In this document: in pieces, positions 37,963 to 52,051 of the stretch
Layout: each line of letters begins with the position of its first letter
Numbering within the stretch: position 1 is the first letter of the stretch
Assembly: GCF_030684315.1 (NCBI RefSeq)
Contig: NC_081397.1
Location: 4,278,001-4,342,000, forward strand
DNA from: Stegostoma tigrinum
Taxonomy: Eukaryota
Reading direction: 5' to 3'
Length of the DNA stretch: 64,000 nt
The notes under the pieces: model-generated
Told to the model about the DNA's origin: nothing
Database searches by the model: none
What the model saw: the letters and a program-made list of their open reading frames with translations, nothing else
Program-made: the position numbers and the translations under genes

Positions 37963-38794
37963 GTATGTTACCATCTCCAAGCAGAGAACACGCTTTCCAC
38001 TGGCACAGAGCAAATTGAGTCAGAGATACATTCAACTCAATTTCTGGTGACATGCATGCAAGCCAACAGTCAAACACAACCAACAAAATAAAAATAGTTT
38101 CCCCCCCCACTCTGTTTTCTCAAAACACCACCCTGTTTCAAAAAAGATCATTTGTAGCCTACTGGCATTTACGGCATTTTTGAAAGGGAACAGACTGAAT
38201 TTTCATCTGAAACAGACACAAAAGAACGGCAGTAAATCTACATTTAGTACGCATGTTTTCAAATTTACTGTCAAGGTGAAGAAATAGTTCATGCTGTTAC
38301 ATAGTTACACCAACCAAACATATAGCAGATAATGAGGACAGATATGGAAGAAAACATTCAAGTTATCATGAGTAACTGAGCAGGACAGCATTCATCTTTG
38401 TCAAATAGATGTCCCAGGCACAGCCAGAACAGTTAATTAATGTGCCTTCCAAATGCACATCCTGTCCCAAAGCCTGACGTAGAATGCCAGCAGAGTGTAC
38501 GCACACACTTTCTGGCACACACGCACTCCACGGAGTTGTAAATATATCCACTATTTCCATCACAAATGTCACACCATCTAACAGCCATGAAGATCATGTA
38601 TATTGCAAACCTCACAGTGTAACAATGAAGATGATTTCCACTCACGGATTTCAGGTCAGAGAGCTAGCCTTTCATGATAAGCAACAAATAGAAAAGAATG
38701 TGAGCTAAATACTTCAATCCTCGTGTGGACATGCACTCCCATGTTCATAATGTGAATATCATTCATTCACAGTATTTGGGAAAAAAAGGACAAA

Positions 38795-39592
38795 TTTTGT
38801 GGCGTTCAGTTCAGGCAAATGCGAGGTGATGCACTTTGAAAGATCCACTTCAAGAGCGAACTATGTGGTAAATGGAAAAGCCCTGGCAAAAATTGATGCT
38901 CAGAGAGATCTGGGTGTTCAGGTCCATTGTACCCTGAAGGTGGCAACGCAGGTCGATAGAGTGGTCAAGAAGACATACTGCATTCTTTCCTTCATCAGAT
39001 GGGTCATTTAGTGCAAGAGTTGGCAGGTCATGTTACAGTTGTATAGGGCTTTGGTTTGAACACATTTGGAATATTGTTTTCGGTTCAGGTCACCACATTA
39101 CCAAAAGGATGTTGATGCTTTGGAGAAGGTGCAGAGGAGGTTCACCAGGATGTTGCCTGGTATGGAGGGTGCTAGCTATGAAGAGAGTTTGAGTTGATTA
39201 GGATTATTTACATTGGAAAGATGGAGGTTGAGGGGGGACTTGATTGAGGCCTACACAGTCATGAGATGAATTGACGGGGTGGATACCAAGAAGCTTTTTC
39301 CAAGAGTGTGGAACTCTATGACTACGTGTCATGATTTCAAGGTGAGGGGCAAAAGTTTAAGGATGATATGCATGGAAAATTCTTTACACAGAAGGCTTTG
39401 GGTGCCTGGAATGCGTTGCCAGCGGAGGTGGTAGAGGCGTGCATTATAGTGTCCCTTAGTATGTATGTAGACAGATAGGTGACTGGACAGGGAGCAGAGG
39501 GATACAGATCCTTGGAAAATAGGTGACAGGTTTAGATAGGGGATATGGATCAGCACAGGCTTGGAGGGCCAAAGAGCCTGTTCCTCTGCTGA
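38795..39592 (+). mobile_element. CR1 LINE 3' fragment
   Basis: KCEVMHF and QRDLGVQVH, with a tail GGGCCAAAGAGCCTGTTCCT. Confidence 0.9.
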
Positions 39593-42500
39593 AATTTTTC
39601 TTTTTTGTTCTTTGACACACTGAATTCGTAAGAAGTAGTCCAAGAAATATATCGAACAAGAGATTAACTTCACCTCTCTATGTGTCACCATCTCATCGAC
39701 TGAGAGAGATAATTAAAGTATCATTTTCTTTTGTACAAACTGGAGAAATTGCATATCAGGATAACTTTCAGATTGAAATTGAAATTGATATTGTCATTGC
39801 ATTTGTTTGCATAAAACTACAAACTGAATAGTGAAAACCATCTGATACACTTCTACTGAATATAAACTTTGCTATTAATAGACCAGAAGGAAATCAAGTA
39901 GTGACCTGAAACGATACAGAGAATAACCTACATTCAAGCAGACAACCTAGATTTTTGAATGTACAAGTAAGAATGTCTCATACAGTGAGCTTGCAACAAC
40001 AAATGAACATTAAACTCTCTATGTATCCAGACCAGAGACAGAGCAAGCCGAAATAAAAGACAGAAACCCTACCCTAGAAATTATACAGGGAGAGAATGAT
40101 AAATGCATTCACAAACCAGATAGCGTCAGGCATTGCCTAAAAACTCATCTCTCAGATTTCCAGGACAGGATCTGACGGGGCCAAATGGGTAAAAACACTT
40201 GCACAGCCAGAGAGAAGAAACTGACAGGCACGTATTGCTAACGGCGCACTCATATTCACATATCAGAAAAGGACAGGGACAGAAAGATAATTACACACAC
40301 ATTCAGACTGCAAAAACTGACAGGTACAGGCTGATAAATACATGCACACATGACAGGACAGCAAAAGCATAAGCAGATGTAGATTGATAACTACATTTGC
40401 ATATTCACAGACAAATTTGACAGGGACATATTTGTAACACTTTCACATTCACAAAAGAGGAATTGATGGATATAGATTGATAACTAAACTCACATATTTC
40501 ACAGCAGAAACTGAGAGGGACAGTTTGATGATTACGCTCATATCTTCACATGACAGCTAACAACAAGTACGAGTCGATGATTACCACTCACACACATATA
40601 TTCATAGATATCTGCAGCACAGCAAAGAGTCCTTTCTCTCACTGAATCTACACTGTTTAGAAACAAACAGCCGACAATTCGACATCAATTCAGCCAGGAT
40701 TCAAATTCCATAAATGTGTCATGTTGGCAGAGGAAGTATCATCCTCACGTTTATCAGTTGTCAATTTCTTCACCAAGCATGATCACTTTTTTTTATTCTA
40801 TATTAAGCAAGAGGACTTTATAATCAGAGACCTTTTGTTTTCAAATTAGCTTAAAATTTGTTCAAATAGCTCTGTGTTCCTCTTGACAATCCACCTGAAT
40901 TTTTACATAAAACACAAGAAAGCTTCATGCCATTTTTTTCAAACAAGCAATATCACAATATAACCGTCCTCACTTATATTTTGCAAAGATTGTTCAACAG
41001 TGTTTATTCTTCAGTAAATTCAATTTGACAGTTCCAGTTGTGCCCAGTGAATGACAGAAAACAAAAGGTCAACACCGAGCACGTTAATGTCCGCGCCGTA
41101 AAACGAATTCGAAGTAAGAAAGCTAATTTTCTTTCCTGCACAAGCAACATTGTGGTCAGTCAGCCGCAATGCAGTTGATTTGTTCATTGCACTTCCTCTT
41201 TGGCCATAACATACTAAATTGACATCTTTACTTTAGCAGCATTCCAAGACTGGTGTCATGATGCAATGTTGAATAATATTAATCTCATCCTGAAAATTTC
41301 CTTTGATATCACCACAGCGGTTAGACTCTGCAATGTATCCTTGGCGAAGGTCCATTGCTTGTCTGTCCTCAACTCTGAAGAAAAGCACAGACTCATTTCA
41401 GTTGCAATGCCTTGCATTTTCACTTTGCTTATAAATGCTGGAGGCACAAACAACTGAAGAACATGGGCTGTTTCACATTTGCGAAAGAAGAGATGAACCA
41501 AAAACTCTGTCCTCTGCCATGGTGGTAATTGGCTCTCCACTTTACAAGAAATACTTAATCTGCTCAGTAACGCAATACAGGAAGATAGAAATAGGATCAA
41601 TTGAGTGTATCTGTCTGTCTTGTTTCATAACAGCAGCTGTTGTGCCAATACACAGTAGGTACAGAATAACCTACAAAGTGTGGAGATGCTGCCAGGTTAG
41701 TAGATACCCAGGCAAAAACAAAAGAAAATGCCATTTCTCTTAAATATCACATGGGTGGAAAAGCTCCCGTTTCATTACGCATTAATAGGACAGGGTAAGA
41801 GCGAAGTTCTTCAATCCCAGTATGTGAATACTTTCCTTGAGGATTAAGTATGAGGTATCAGCTTGGCATAAAGTAAATTCGTCATGTTCACGACATCAGA
41901 AAATACTGAATCGATTGCATGATCGATGATGAATTCTACTGAAACAGCTCAAGAAGTAAATTGAAATCCAGATTAAATATGCCTCCAAATATCACACCAT
42001 GTCTTAGATTTGGACACGTAACTCGTGCATCAACTTCCTTTGTTGAAACTGAAGGAAATATATAGTAGGCCAAGTTTAAAATGAAATAAACATTACAATT
42101 TAGTTTGCTTCCAAAGAGGTACAAATTAAAAAGCAGCTCTCATCTCGTGCAGAAGTACTGCAGAAAGATGTTGTTAAATGGACCAAAGAAGAAAGCAAAT
42201 GGGGTCGTGAACAGATACAGATAGCTGGAGTTTATTGGAAATAGATTGAAGAAACGCTGATCTCATGATCTTGTTACAGGAGGAATAAATACACATGCAG
42301 TTTTTGAGTGACTGACCAATCCAGAACAAAACTTACTATCGTAAACCGGACAGTAACCAAACTGTATCTACAGAGTCAGAGACTGACAAAGGTATTAAAA
42401 CAGTTTAATTTACACAATCTGATTATATGGCATTGGGTAAAATCTCATTCATGTTGAGCAGCAGAGATTTGAACAATAGAAGAATGTCAGCAGTTCCTAC

Positions 42501-43609
42501 AAGTAACACGTTCAATGCAACATTACCCACTCGTTACCCATGTGAAATATGATGACAACGCATGAGGAATACATTGACACACAATGCCAGAGACTGAATC
42601 GATTCCATGCTGACTGTCAGCCCGATGCTGATGAAAACCAACAGTAACCACTCTTATAATCTCAGTGGGAGACTGACTATTTCAGAAGAATGCCCATACT
42701 CTCTTTATGATTAATGTATTATAAATTAGTGTTATAATGATATAATAGTTTATAATACACCTCATAAAGGGAATCAAATCATACATGCAGAGCTAGAAAC
42801 ACAAGCAGACGTTTGGAAGAGGACAGTGTCACTTAGCCCAATACCCATCTTTAATTCAGATTGGCACCTCATTAGAAATCTCCCTCTCATACAACAAACA
42901 GATGCTGAAAGGAAAGGAATGAAATTTATACCTCTGGTCAGCATGGACTGTTGGACCAAAGGTCTGTTTCCCAGATGTACTTTGACAATATTGCTGCACT
43001 CTCATATTCACAAAGCAGAAACCGATCAGAAGAAACTCACAGTACCACTCCCAAGCCGCATGTGGCATAACAAGGCATTTATATTCACAGAGTAGAATCT
43101 GATAGGGGGAAATAACAATTTTATTTCCATATTCAAATGACAGAAACTGATTGGAAAATGTTTACAACTGCACTTCAACATTCACACTGCAGGTAATGAC
43201 AGGGACAGATTGATGACAATGTCCGTATATGCACATGGCCAAGAATGTTAGGTAAAAATAGATAACTGTATTCTCATATTCATGGAGAGGAAAGCATGAC
43301 AAATTCATAACTACATTTATATATTCACATCACAAAAACTGATAGTTGCAGATGAATAACTACATTCTCAGGTTCCCAGAGCAGACGTGGACAGATACAG
43401 ATGGAAATTTGCACTCAAATATTCACGGTGCATGTTCACACGTCATTATCAACAGATTAATTACAAAACTCACATCTGTACAACAGAAATAGACACTGAT
43501 TGCTGTGTGAAGGTGCAATTGTATTTTTCAATCAGTCCCTGTCAGTTTTCACAATGTGGATGTGTTATTTCAGTTATCAATCAATACCTGTCAGTGAATG
43601 CCACGTTAA

Positions 43610-44780
43610 TGTGTGAGGATAGTGTAATGCACGTTAACTACATGGATTTTAGTAAGACATTTGATAAAGTACCATGCAGCAGATGAATCAGAAATGGAAA
43701 GGCTTTTGGGATACACAGCAATGTGCTAAATTGGAAGCAAAGTTTGCTTAGAACAGGAATCAAATGGTCAATGGCTGCCCTTGTAAACCGAAAGCTGTTT
43801 CAAGTGGTGTTTCTCATAGCTCAGTGTTGGGACTTCTGCTGTTTGTTTTATATGATAACAACTTGGACTTGAACATGGGGATACAATTGGGAAATTTTCA
43901 GCCAGCACAAAAATTTAACAGTGTACTGGTAGTGCAGGGGATAACTGTCAGCTCAAAAATGATACTGAAGTTTTGGTGGAAGGGGCAGATGAGTGGCATA
44001 TGGAGTTCAACTCTGATAAATGTGAGGTAATGCATTTCAGGAGGTGCAAGGACACAAAATAGGAATACATGAGGTGGTGTGGAAATTGTACGTAAAGTGA
44101 GTGGTTTTGGTGTGCAAGTGTAATGGAGTATGAAAATAGCAGTATAGGTGGATAAGATTGTGAAACTAGGTATATAGAATGCTGTCCTTTTTTGGCAGAG
44201 GTATACAACACAAAAGTCGGGCTATAATGATGAAAGTATTTAAGACACTGGTGAGGCTGAAATTGATGTATTGTGCGGCGCGATGGTCACCACATTACAG
44301 GAAAACGTTATTGCTCTGGGTATATTGCAGAGAAGATTTACTGGAATGTTGCCAGGGCTGGAGAGTTATAGCTATGAGGAGTGATTGTCGAGGTTGGAGC
44401 TGTATTATTTTGAACTCTGAAAGCTGGGAGTGAGGCAATTGGGATGGGCAGAGATAGAGTCGACAGGGGGAATCTGTTTCCCTTGGCATAGAGTTTAAAA
44501 ACCATTGGGTGTAGATTAAGTGAAGTGGCAGGACAATGAGAGATGATGGGAGGAAAACCATTTTTATGAGAGGGTGCTTATCTCAAATACGCTGCCTGAG
44601 TTGCTGATAGCAGAGATTCTCAACTCTTGGAAGAACACACCTGGACCTCCACATTAAGTCTGCAAGCTGCACGGCTATGGGATGTTTGCAACAAGATCGG
44701 ATTTTATGATGGCCATTTTGGGGTGTTTGGGTCAGCATGGATATAATGAGCCAAATGGCCACCTTCTGTGCTGTATAATT
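43610..44780 (+). mobile_element. Old CR1 LINE fragment
   Basis: YMDFSKTFDKVP, SGVSHSSVLGLLLFVLY and WSPHYRK. Confidence 0.85.
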
Positions 44781-45213
44781 TAAATTGGTCAATAGTTCCT
44801 GATCATTCTGTCCCTGTCAGCCTCTGCTGTGTAATACATGAATAATTACCAAAGACCTAGAGGGACACATTGATAACTACACTCACACGTTCACCAAGTA
44901 GCAACTGACATGAATAGATCAATAACTAAACTCGCATCCACTGACAAGCTTCCACTGGGTGGTTCCAGTCATGGAGCTGTACAGGTATCGTTTACTTTCA
45001 GGAGCTCATTCAAATGGTGTTGAAATTTTTAGAAATGATCAGACGTGGAGCAGCTCAGGGCAAGATTGGATCAAGACCCATAGTTATGTTAGAATTCCTA
45101 GTAATATTAATATATCCAAATGATTATTAACTAAATGTTGTGTTGATCAGTTAAACATTGTCAAACTCAATTGATGTTGCTTTACACGAACTATCTCTTC
45201 TGTCTTCCCACAG

Positions 45214-45296
45214 AAAAAAACACTTGAATGACCAAGACAAAGTAAGATTTCTTCAGTGCAGAGGAAGTGTGACCAGATCCTTCTGATAAACAGCAG
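45214..45296 (+). other. Exon-like cassette, copy D (83 nt)
   Basis: TCTCTTCTGTCTTCCCACAG|AAAAAAACAC...AACAGCAG|GTATGT. Confidence 0.5.
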
Positions 45297-46434
45297 GTAT
45301 GTTCCCACTGTCAGAGCAGAGAACATCCTTTCCGCAGTCACAGAGCAGATTGAGTCGGACACACAGTGAGCTTAATTTCCAACAGATATGTACAAATTTT
45401 TCCAACAGGAGAACAAGGTTGGAGAAATTAAACTTTATTTTTCTTATCTCTCCATTCCACATACACAGTTCCAACAAACTTCAGCATTCATTTCCCATTG
45501 ACTTTTACACCATTTTTGAAAATGGATAGACTGAAATTATACACTCAGTATCTGAATGAAATCTACGTAAACTTACTCTACTAGCAATTATCACATAATG
45601 AATCACACCTCCACTAAGAATATTACTGGCTGCTGACAATTAAGCCACTTTTACAAGTAGAAAATGACCAGTATGGATTGATGCCTAACCTCACTCATTT
45701 GTATTGCAAATGCATACAAAAGAAAAAGGATGACGAGACTCACATATTGACATTGCAGAAACCGACAGCTAAAGATTAATAAAGATATTCACACATTCAC
45801 ATCATAGAAACTGGGATACACAGGTTAGTAAACAACACTCACATTCACATAGCAAACTGACAGCAACTGAACGATAACTACTTTCACATATCCACACAGC
45901 AGAAACTGGCAGCTACATATTGATGACAACTCCCAATTTCACAGACCATAAAGTGACAGGTACAGTTTTATAACTGCATACCCACAGATTTAAAAAATAC
46001 CGACGGGTACAGTTTGATAACTATACTCAAATATTCACAAAGTAGATTCCCACAGGTACATGTTGATAACTTTACTTGCAAATTATGAGGGACTGATAGG
46101 TACAGGTTGCTGTACATGCATATATCCATACAGAAGAAATTGATAGGAACTGATTGACGATCACTTTAGAGATAGCAAGAGCTGCAGATTCTGGAGTCAG
46201 CCTTCCCAGTTTCACAAAGCATTAGCTGACAGGTACAGTTTGGTAACTACTCTCATATTCACAGAGTAGAAGCTGACAGGCCGTTATTGATAACTGCACT
46301 CACATGGTCACCAAGCAGAAACTCAGAGATTGATAACAGTGACATTCAAATTGCAGAAACTGGCGGCTACACAATGATAACTGCTGTCACACTTGCATTG
46401 CATGAACCGTTGGGGTCAGATTAATAACTATGCT

Positions 46435-47200
46435 GTTGTTGAATTGCTCGACAAGCTTGTTGCTTGTTTAGAGACATTTTGTCACCATCTACATAATACC
46501 TTCAGTGCACCTCTGGTGATGTGTTGCTGTTGTGTCCTGCTGGCTGTTTATGTGCTGCAGTTTGCTCGGGTGGCTGACATCACTTCTGGATTTGTTTCTC
46601 AGTGGTTGGTGTATGGGATCCTGCTCTACGCATTTGTTAATGGCATTCCAGTTTGAATGTCAGGCCTCCAGGAATTCTCGTGCATGTCTTTGGTTGGCTT
46701 GTCCTCAGATGACTAAGTTGTCCCAGTCTAATTGGTGTCCCTCTTTGTCCATGCGTATTGAGATGAGTGATAGTTGGCCATGTCTCTTGGTGGCTAGTTT
46801 GTGTTTACGAATCATGATGGCTAGTTTCCTACCAGTTTGGCCTTTGTACTGCTTTTGGCATCTGTGCACGATATCGTGCAAATAACGTTGGTTCTGTCAG
46901 TTGTGGTTGTTGGTTCGGGGCAATATGGTGCTCATTTCTGATATGTTTTTCATGTTTGGTCAGGTGACTAGTGTCCCTGGACGTGCTGTGTTATCCATTT
47001 GTCGTCTGTTGTGCAGGTGTCGAAGGACAATGCTTTTCAGGTAACCTTCGTTTCTATAGTCACTGTATCGTGTTCTTCCTCAGCTTTACGCAGCTCTGGA
47101 TGCTGCAGTGTGTTGTGGCTCACTTGAACAGTGTTTTGGTGCAGCTCCATGAGTAGATATTGGGATGATTGCTATTGTAGTTGAGTATCTGATCAGAATG
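46435..47200 (-). mobile_element. Penelope family B fragment
   Basis: The reverse complement encodes GQTGRKLA...HKLATKRH and HQLDWDN...HAREFLEA, matching 4480-4935. Confidence 0.8.
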
Positions 47201-47719
47201 TATTAAAACATGTAATAACTACACTCTCAGGCTCTCCTAATTGAAATTGATGGAGAGCGATTGATAACTAAACATTCACATAGCAAAACAGTGTCATGGA
47301 CAGACTGATAATTTCAGACACATATTCACTGAGTAGAAACTGACTGACAGAGAATGACATCTATACTCAGGTACCCGGATAGCAGAAACTGACAGGAACA
47401 GGTTGATGATAACACGGACATGTACATGATACCTACATCCCTCATTCCACTTGCATTAACTGAGTGGTACAGATTGATCCCTGCACTCTCACATTCACAC
47501 AACAGAAAGTGGCAGAGACAGATATATAACTGCATTCATTCACACGGCACAAACTGTGAGGACGAGGTTGTCAACTACGCTCTCACATTTACAGAGCAGA
47601 AACTGACAGGTACAAAGTAAATCTGCACTCATACATCCACAAATCAGAAACTGAAAGGCCCACATAGATACCCACGCTCAGTGTTTCACACAGCATAAAC
47701 GGACAATATAAAAACCGAA

Positions 47720-48820
47720 AGAACTGCGGATGTTCCCCCCGCAGCGGTCGGCAATGCCCTCAGCCGTGTCTTCCACATTTCCCGTGCCTCATCCCTCACA
47801 CCCTGACCCCGCAATAACCGCCAAAACAGAACCCCCTTGGTCCTCACATCCCACCCTACCAAGCTCTGGATACAATGTATCATCCTCCGACACTTGTGCC
47901 ATCTACAATTCAACCCGACCACCGAAGACATTTTTACTACCCGACCCTTGCCTGCTTTCAGATGAGACCACTCTCTCCACAACTCCCTTGTCCGCTCCAC
48001 ACTGCCCTCCAACCCCAGCACACCTGGCACCTTCCCCTGCAACCGGAGGAAGTGCTACACTTGCCCTCACACCTCCTCCCTAACCCCAATCCGAGGCTCC
48101 AAGAAGACTTTCCACATCAAGCAGATGTTCCCCTGCACATCCGCCAATGTGGTATACTGCATCCGCTGTACGCAGTGTGGTTTTCTCTACATTGGCGAAA
48201 CCAAGCGGAGCCTTGGGGACTGCTTTGAAGAACACCTCCGCTTGGTTCGCCATAAACAACTGCACCTCCCAGTCGCGAACCATTTCAACTCTCCCTCCCA
48301 TTCCTCAGACAACATGTCCATCCTGGGCATCCTGCAGTGTCATAATGATCCCACCCGTAGGTTGCAGGAACAGCAACTCATATTCCGCTTGGGAACCCTG
48401 CAGCCTCAAGGTATCGATGTGGATTTCACCAGCTTCAAAATCTCCCTTCCCCCCGCTGCATCCCAAACCAGCCCAGCTCTTCCCCACCTGCCGAACCTGT
48501 TCTTCCCCTCACCTCTCCCGTCTTCCCACGTCAAGCCGCACCTCCATTTGCTACCTCCTAACCTCAGCCTGCCCCCTTGACCGGTCCATCCTCCCCAGAC
48601 TGACCTATCCCCTCCCTACCTCCCCACCCATACTCTCCTCTCCACCTATCTTCTCCTCTGTCCATCTTCAGTCCACCTCCCTCTCTCTCCCTATTTATTT
48701 CAAAATCCTCTCCCCCTCCCCCTTTTTATGATGAAGGGTCTTGGCCGAAAACGTCAGCTATTATGCTCCTAAGATGCTGTTTGTCCTGCTGTGTTCATCC
48801 ACCCCCATGCCTTGTTATCT
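47720..48820 (+). mobile_element. Penelope GIY-YIG end plus pLTR
   Basis: CTSANVVYCIRCTQCGFLYIGETKRSLGDCFEEHL...QQLIFRLGTLQP. Confidence 0.93.
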
Positions 48821-49658
48821 GCGGAAGCTGTAAATCAGGAACAAAAACAAAGTTGCTGGAAAAGCTCAGCAGGTCCAGCAGCATCTGTGAGGGAGAAAAC
48901 AGAGTTAACATTTCAGGTCCGGTGTACAGATCCATAACTAAACTCACGTATTCACATTGAGGAATCTTTGAGCTAGAGACTGATAATCACAGTCAGACAT
49001 TCAGAGAACAGGAACACACAGGCATAGACTGATAACTAACTTCTGTATTAACATAGCAGAAACTGACTCGCATTGACTGGTAACTGCATTCATGTTATCT
49101 TGTCAGGTGCAACAAACAGGTACGGATAGATAACTACACTCACACATTCACACCATAAATACTGACAATGACAAACAGCTTCAATCCCACCTATTGCATA
49201 GCAGAGACTGTCAAGAACAGATTGATAACAAAGTGTGGAGCTGGACAATCACAGCAGGCCAAGCTGCTCCTGAGACGCTGCTTGGCCTGCTGTGTTCATC
49301 CAGCTCCACACTTTGTTATCTTGGATTCTCCAGCATCTGCAGTTCCCGTTATCACAGGAACAGATTGATAACTGCACTCAAATATTGACACATCAGAAGC
49401 TGGCAGGCGCTGTTTAATATCCAAACTCTCATATTCACATACCAGAAAATGGCAGGTATAAATTGACAACCACACTCACATACACACAGTCGCAGAAACT
49501 GACAGTGAAAGAACTGATAACAGCGTTCAGACGTTGACATCACAGAGCCTGGCAGAAACAGAGTGATAACTAAACCCTCACATTCTTATAACAGAAACTG
49601 CCATGGATAGACTGGAAATTTAATCATCAAGCAGAACCTGACAGATACAGAGTGATGT

Positions 49659-51075
49659 GATAATGGGAACTGCAGATGCTGGAGAATCCAAGACAACAAA
49701 GTGTGGAGGTGGATGAACACAGCAGGCCAAGTAGCATCTCAGGAGCACAAAAGCTGACGTTTCGGGCCGAGACCCTTCATCAGAGGGGGGGATGGGAGAG
49801 GGAACTGGAATAAATAGGGAGAGAGGGGGAGGCGGACCCAAGATGGAGAGAAAACAAGATAGGTAGAGAGGAGCCTACAGGTGGGGAGGTGGGGAGGGGT
49901 AGTTCAGTCCAGGGAAGATGGATAGGTCAAGGAGGCGGGATGAGGGGTAGGTAGGAAATGGAGGTGCGGCTTGAGGTGGGAGGAAGGGATTGGTGAGAGG
50001 AAGAACAGGTTAGGGAAGCAGAGACAAGCTGGGCTGGTTTTGGGATGCAGTGGGGGGAGGGGAAGAACTGGGCTGGTTTTGGGATGCAGTAGGGTGACCC
50101 CAGAGGATCCCCCTCATCCTCACATACCAGCCCACCTACCTCTGGATACAACATATCATCCTCCGACTCTTCCGCCATCTAAAATCCGTCCCCACCACCC
50201 AAGCCATTTTTCCATTCCCACCCTTGTCTCTTTCCGGAGAGATCACTCTCTCCACGACTCCCTTGTCCACTCCACACTCCCTCCAACCACACCACAGCAG
50301 ACACCTTCCCCTGCAACCGCAGGAAGTGCTACACTTGTCCCACACACCTCCCTCACCCCCATCCCAGGCCCCAGGATGACCTTCCATATCAAACAGATGT
50401 TCACCTGCACATCTGGCAATGTGGTATATTGTATCCATTGCACCCAGTGTGGCTTGCTCTACATTGGAGAAACCAAGCGGAGGCTTGGGGACTGCTTTGC
50501 AGAACACCTCCGCTCAGTTTGCAAGAAACAACTGCACCTCCCAGTCGCGCAACATTTCAGCTCCCCCTCCCATTCCTCAGACGACATGGGCCTCCTGCAT
50601 TGCCACAATGATGCCACCCGAAGGTTGCAGGAACAGCAACTCATATTCCGCTTGGGAACCCTGCAGCCCAGTGGTATCAACGTGGACTTCACAAGCTTCA
50701 AAATCTCCCCTTCCCATACTGCATCCCAAAACCAGCCCAGTTCTTCCCCTCCCACCACTGCATCACAAAACCAGCCCAACCTGTGTCTGCTTCCCTAACC
50801 TGTTCGTCCTCTCACCAATCCCTTCCTCCCACCTCAAGCCACACCTGCATTTCCAACCGATCACGTCATCCCGCCTCCTTGACCTGTCCATCTTCCCTGG
50901 ACTGACCTATCCCCTCCCGACCTCCCCACCTATACCCTCCTCTCTACCTATCTTCTTTTCTCTCCATCTTCAGCCCGTCTCCCCCTCTCTCCCTATTTAT
51001 TCCAGTTCCCTCTCCCCATCCCCCTCTCTGAAGAAGGGTCTAGGCCCGAAACATCAGATTTTGTGCTCCTGAGAT
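49659..51075. mobile_element. Penelope element with inverted arrangement (minus pLTR side 49659-50090; plus GIY-YIG and pLTR 50095-51075)
   Basis: VVYCIHCTQCGLLYIGETKRRLGDCFAEHL on +. 49740-50090 is the reverse complement of ~50720-51070. Confidence 0.9.
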
Positions 51076-52051
51076 AGTGATAACTGCTGCCAAACATTCG
51101 CAGAGCATGGATGAAGATAAACAGATTGATAACTAAACACCCGTTTTCACAAGACAGAAGACTGATGGGGAAAAATTAGTACATCCTCTCATAATTTCAC
51201 ACAGCAAAGACTGATATGGACGGAATGATAACTACAATTACACATTCATGCAACAGAATCTTGCAGGAATGTACTGATAATTGTACAAACAAACTCACTT
51301 AGGAGAAACTGACAGTCTCAGATTTAAAACCACACTCTCTTTGTCACAAACTAAAAACTGGGAGGTACAGTGTGACAACTGAACTCAATAGTCACAGAGC
51401 AAAGTCTCCCAGGTACAGTGTGATAACTACCTTCTCACATCTGCCTAACAGAAACTAAACTCGCATATTGACGGAGCAGAAATTGGCATGTGCAGACTAA
51501 TGCCTGCACTCTTACATTGATACCACCGAATGGACATGTAGGTACGAGTAACAACACTCATGCATTTTCTTGGAGAAACTGTCAGGCATGGATTGAGAAC
51601 TACACCCACACATTCACAGAGCACACATTGAAAGGTACAGACTAATAATGTCACACTTTTGGACAACAGAAATGACAGAGGTAGATGACCTGAAATATCA
51701 AGCGACGTTGAAGATCTGGTCAGGAAAGGGAAGAAGGCATACATTGGGTTTAAACTATCAGGCTCAAGTGAATCCCTAGATAACTATAAAAAGTGGAGAA
51801 GCACACAAGAGGGAAATCAGAAGAGCAAAAAGATGTCATGAAATGGATCTGGCAGAAAAGGTTACAGATAATCCCCAGAGGCTCATTAGTTATAATAAGA
51901 GTAAAAGGTTGGCTGCGGAGAGGAGGACCTCTTTAAGATCAGGATGGTGGTCCATGTGTGGAGCCACAGCAGAAGGGGAGGATTTTTAATGGATATTTCT
52001 CCTCAGTGTTTGCTGAGGAGAGAATCATGGATGCTAAGGAAATGAGATTAA

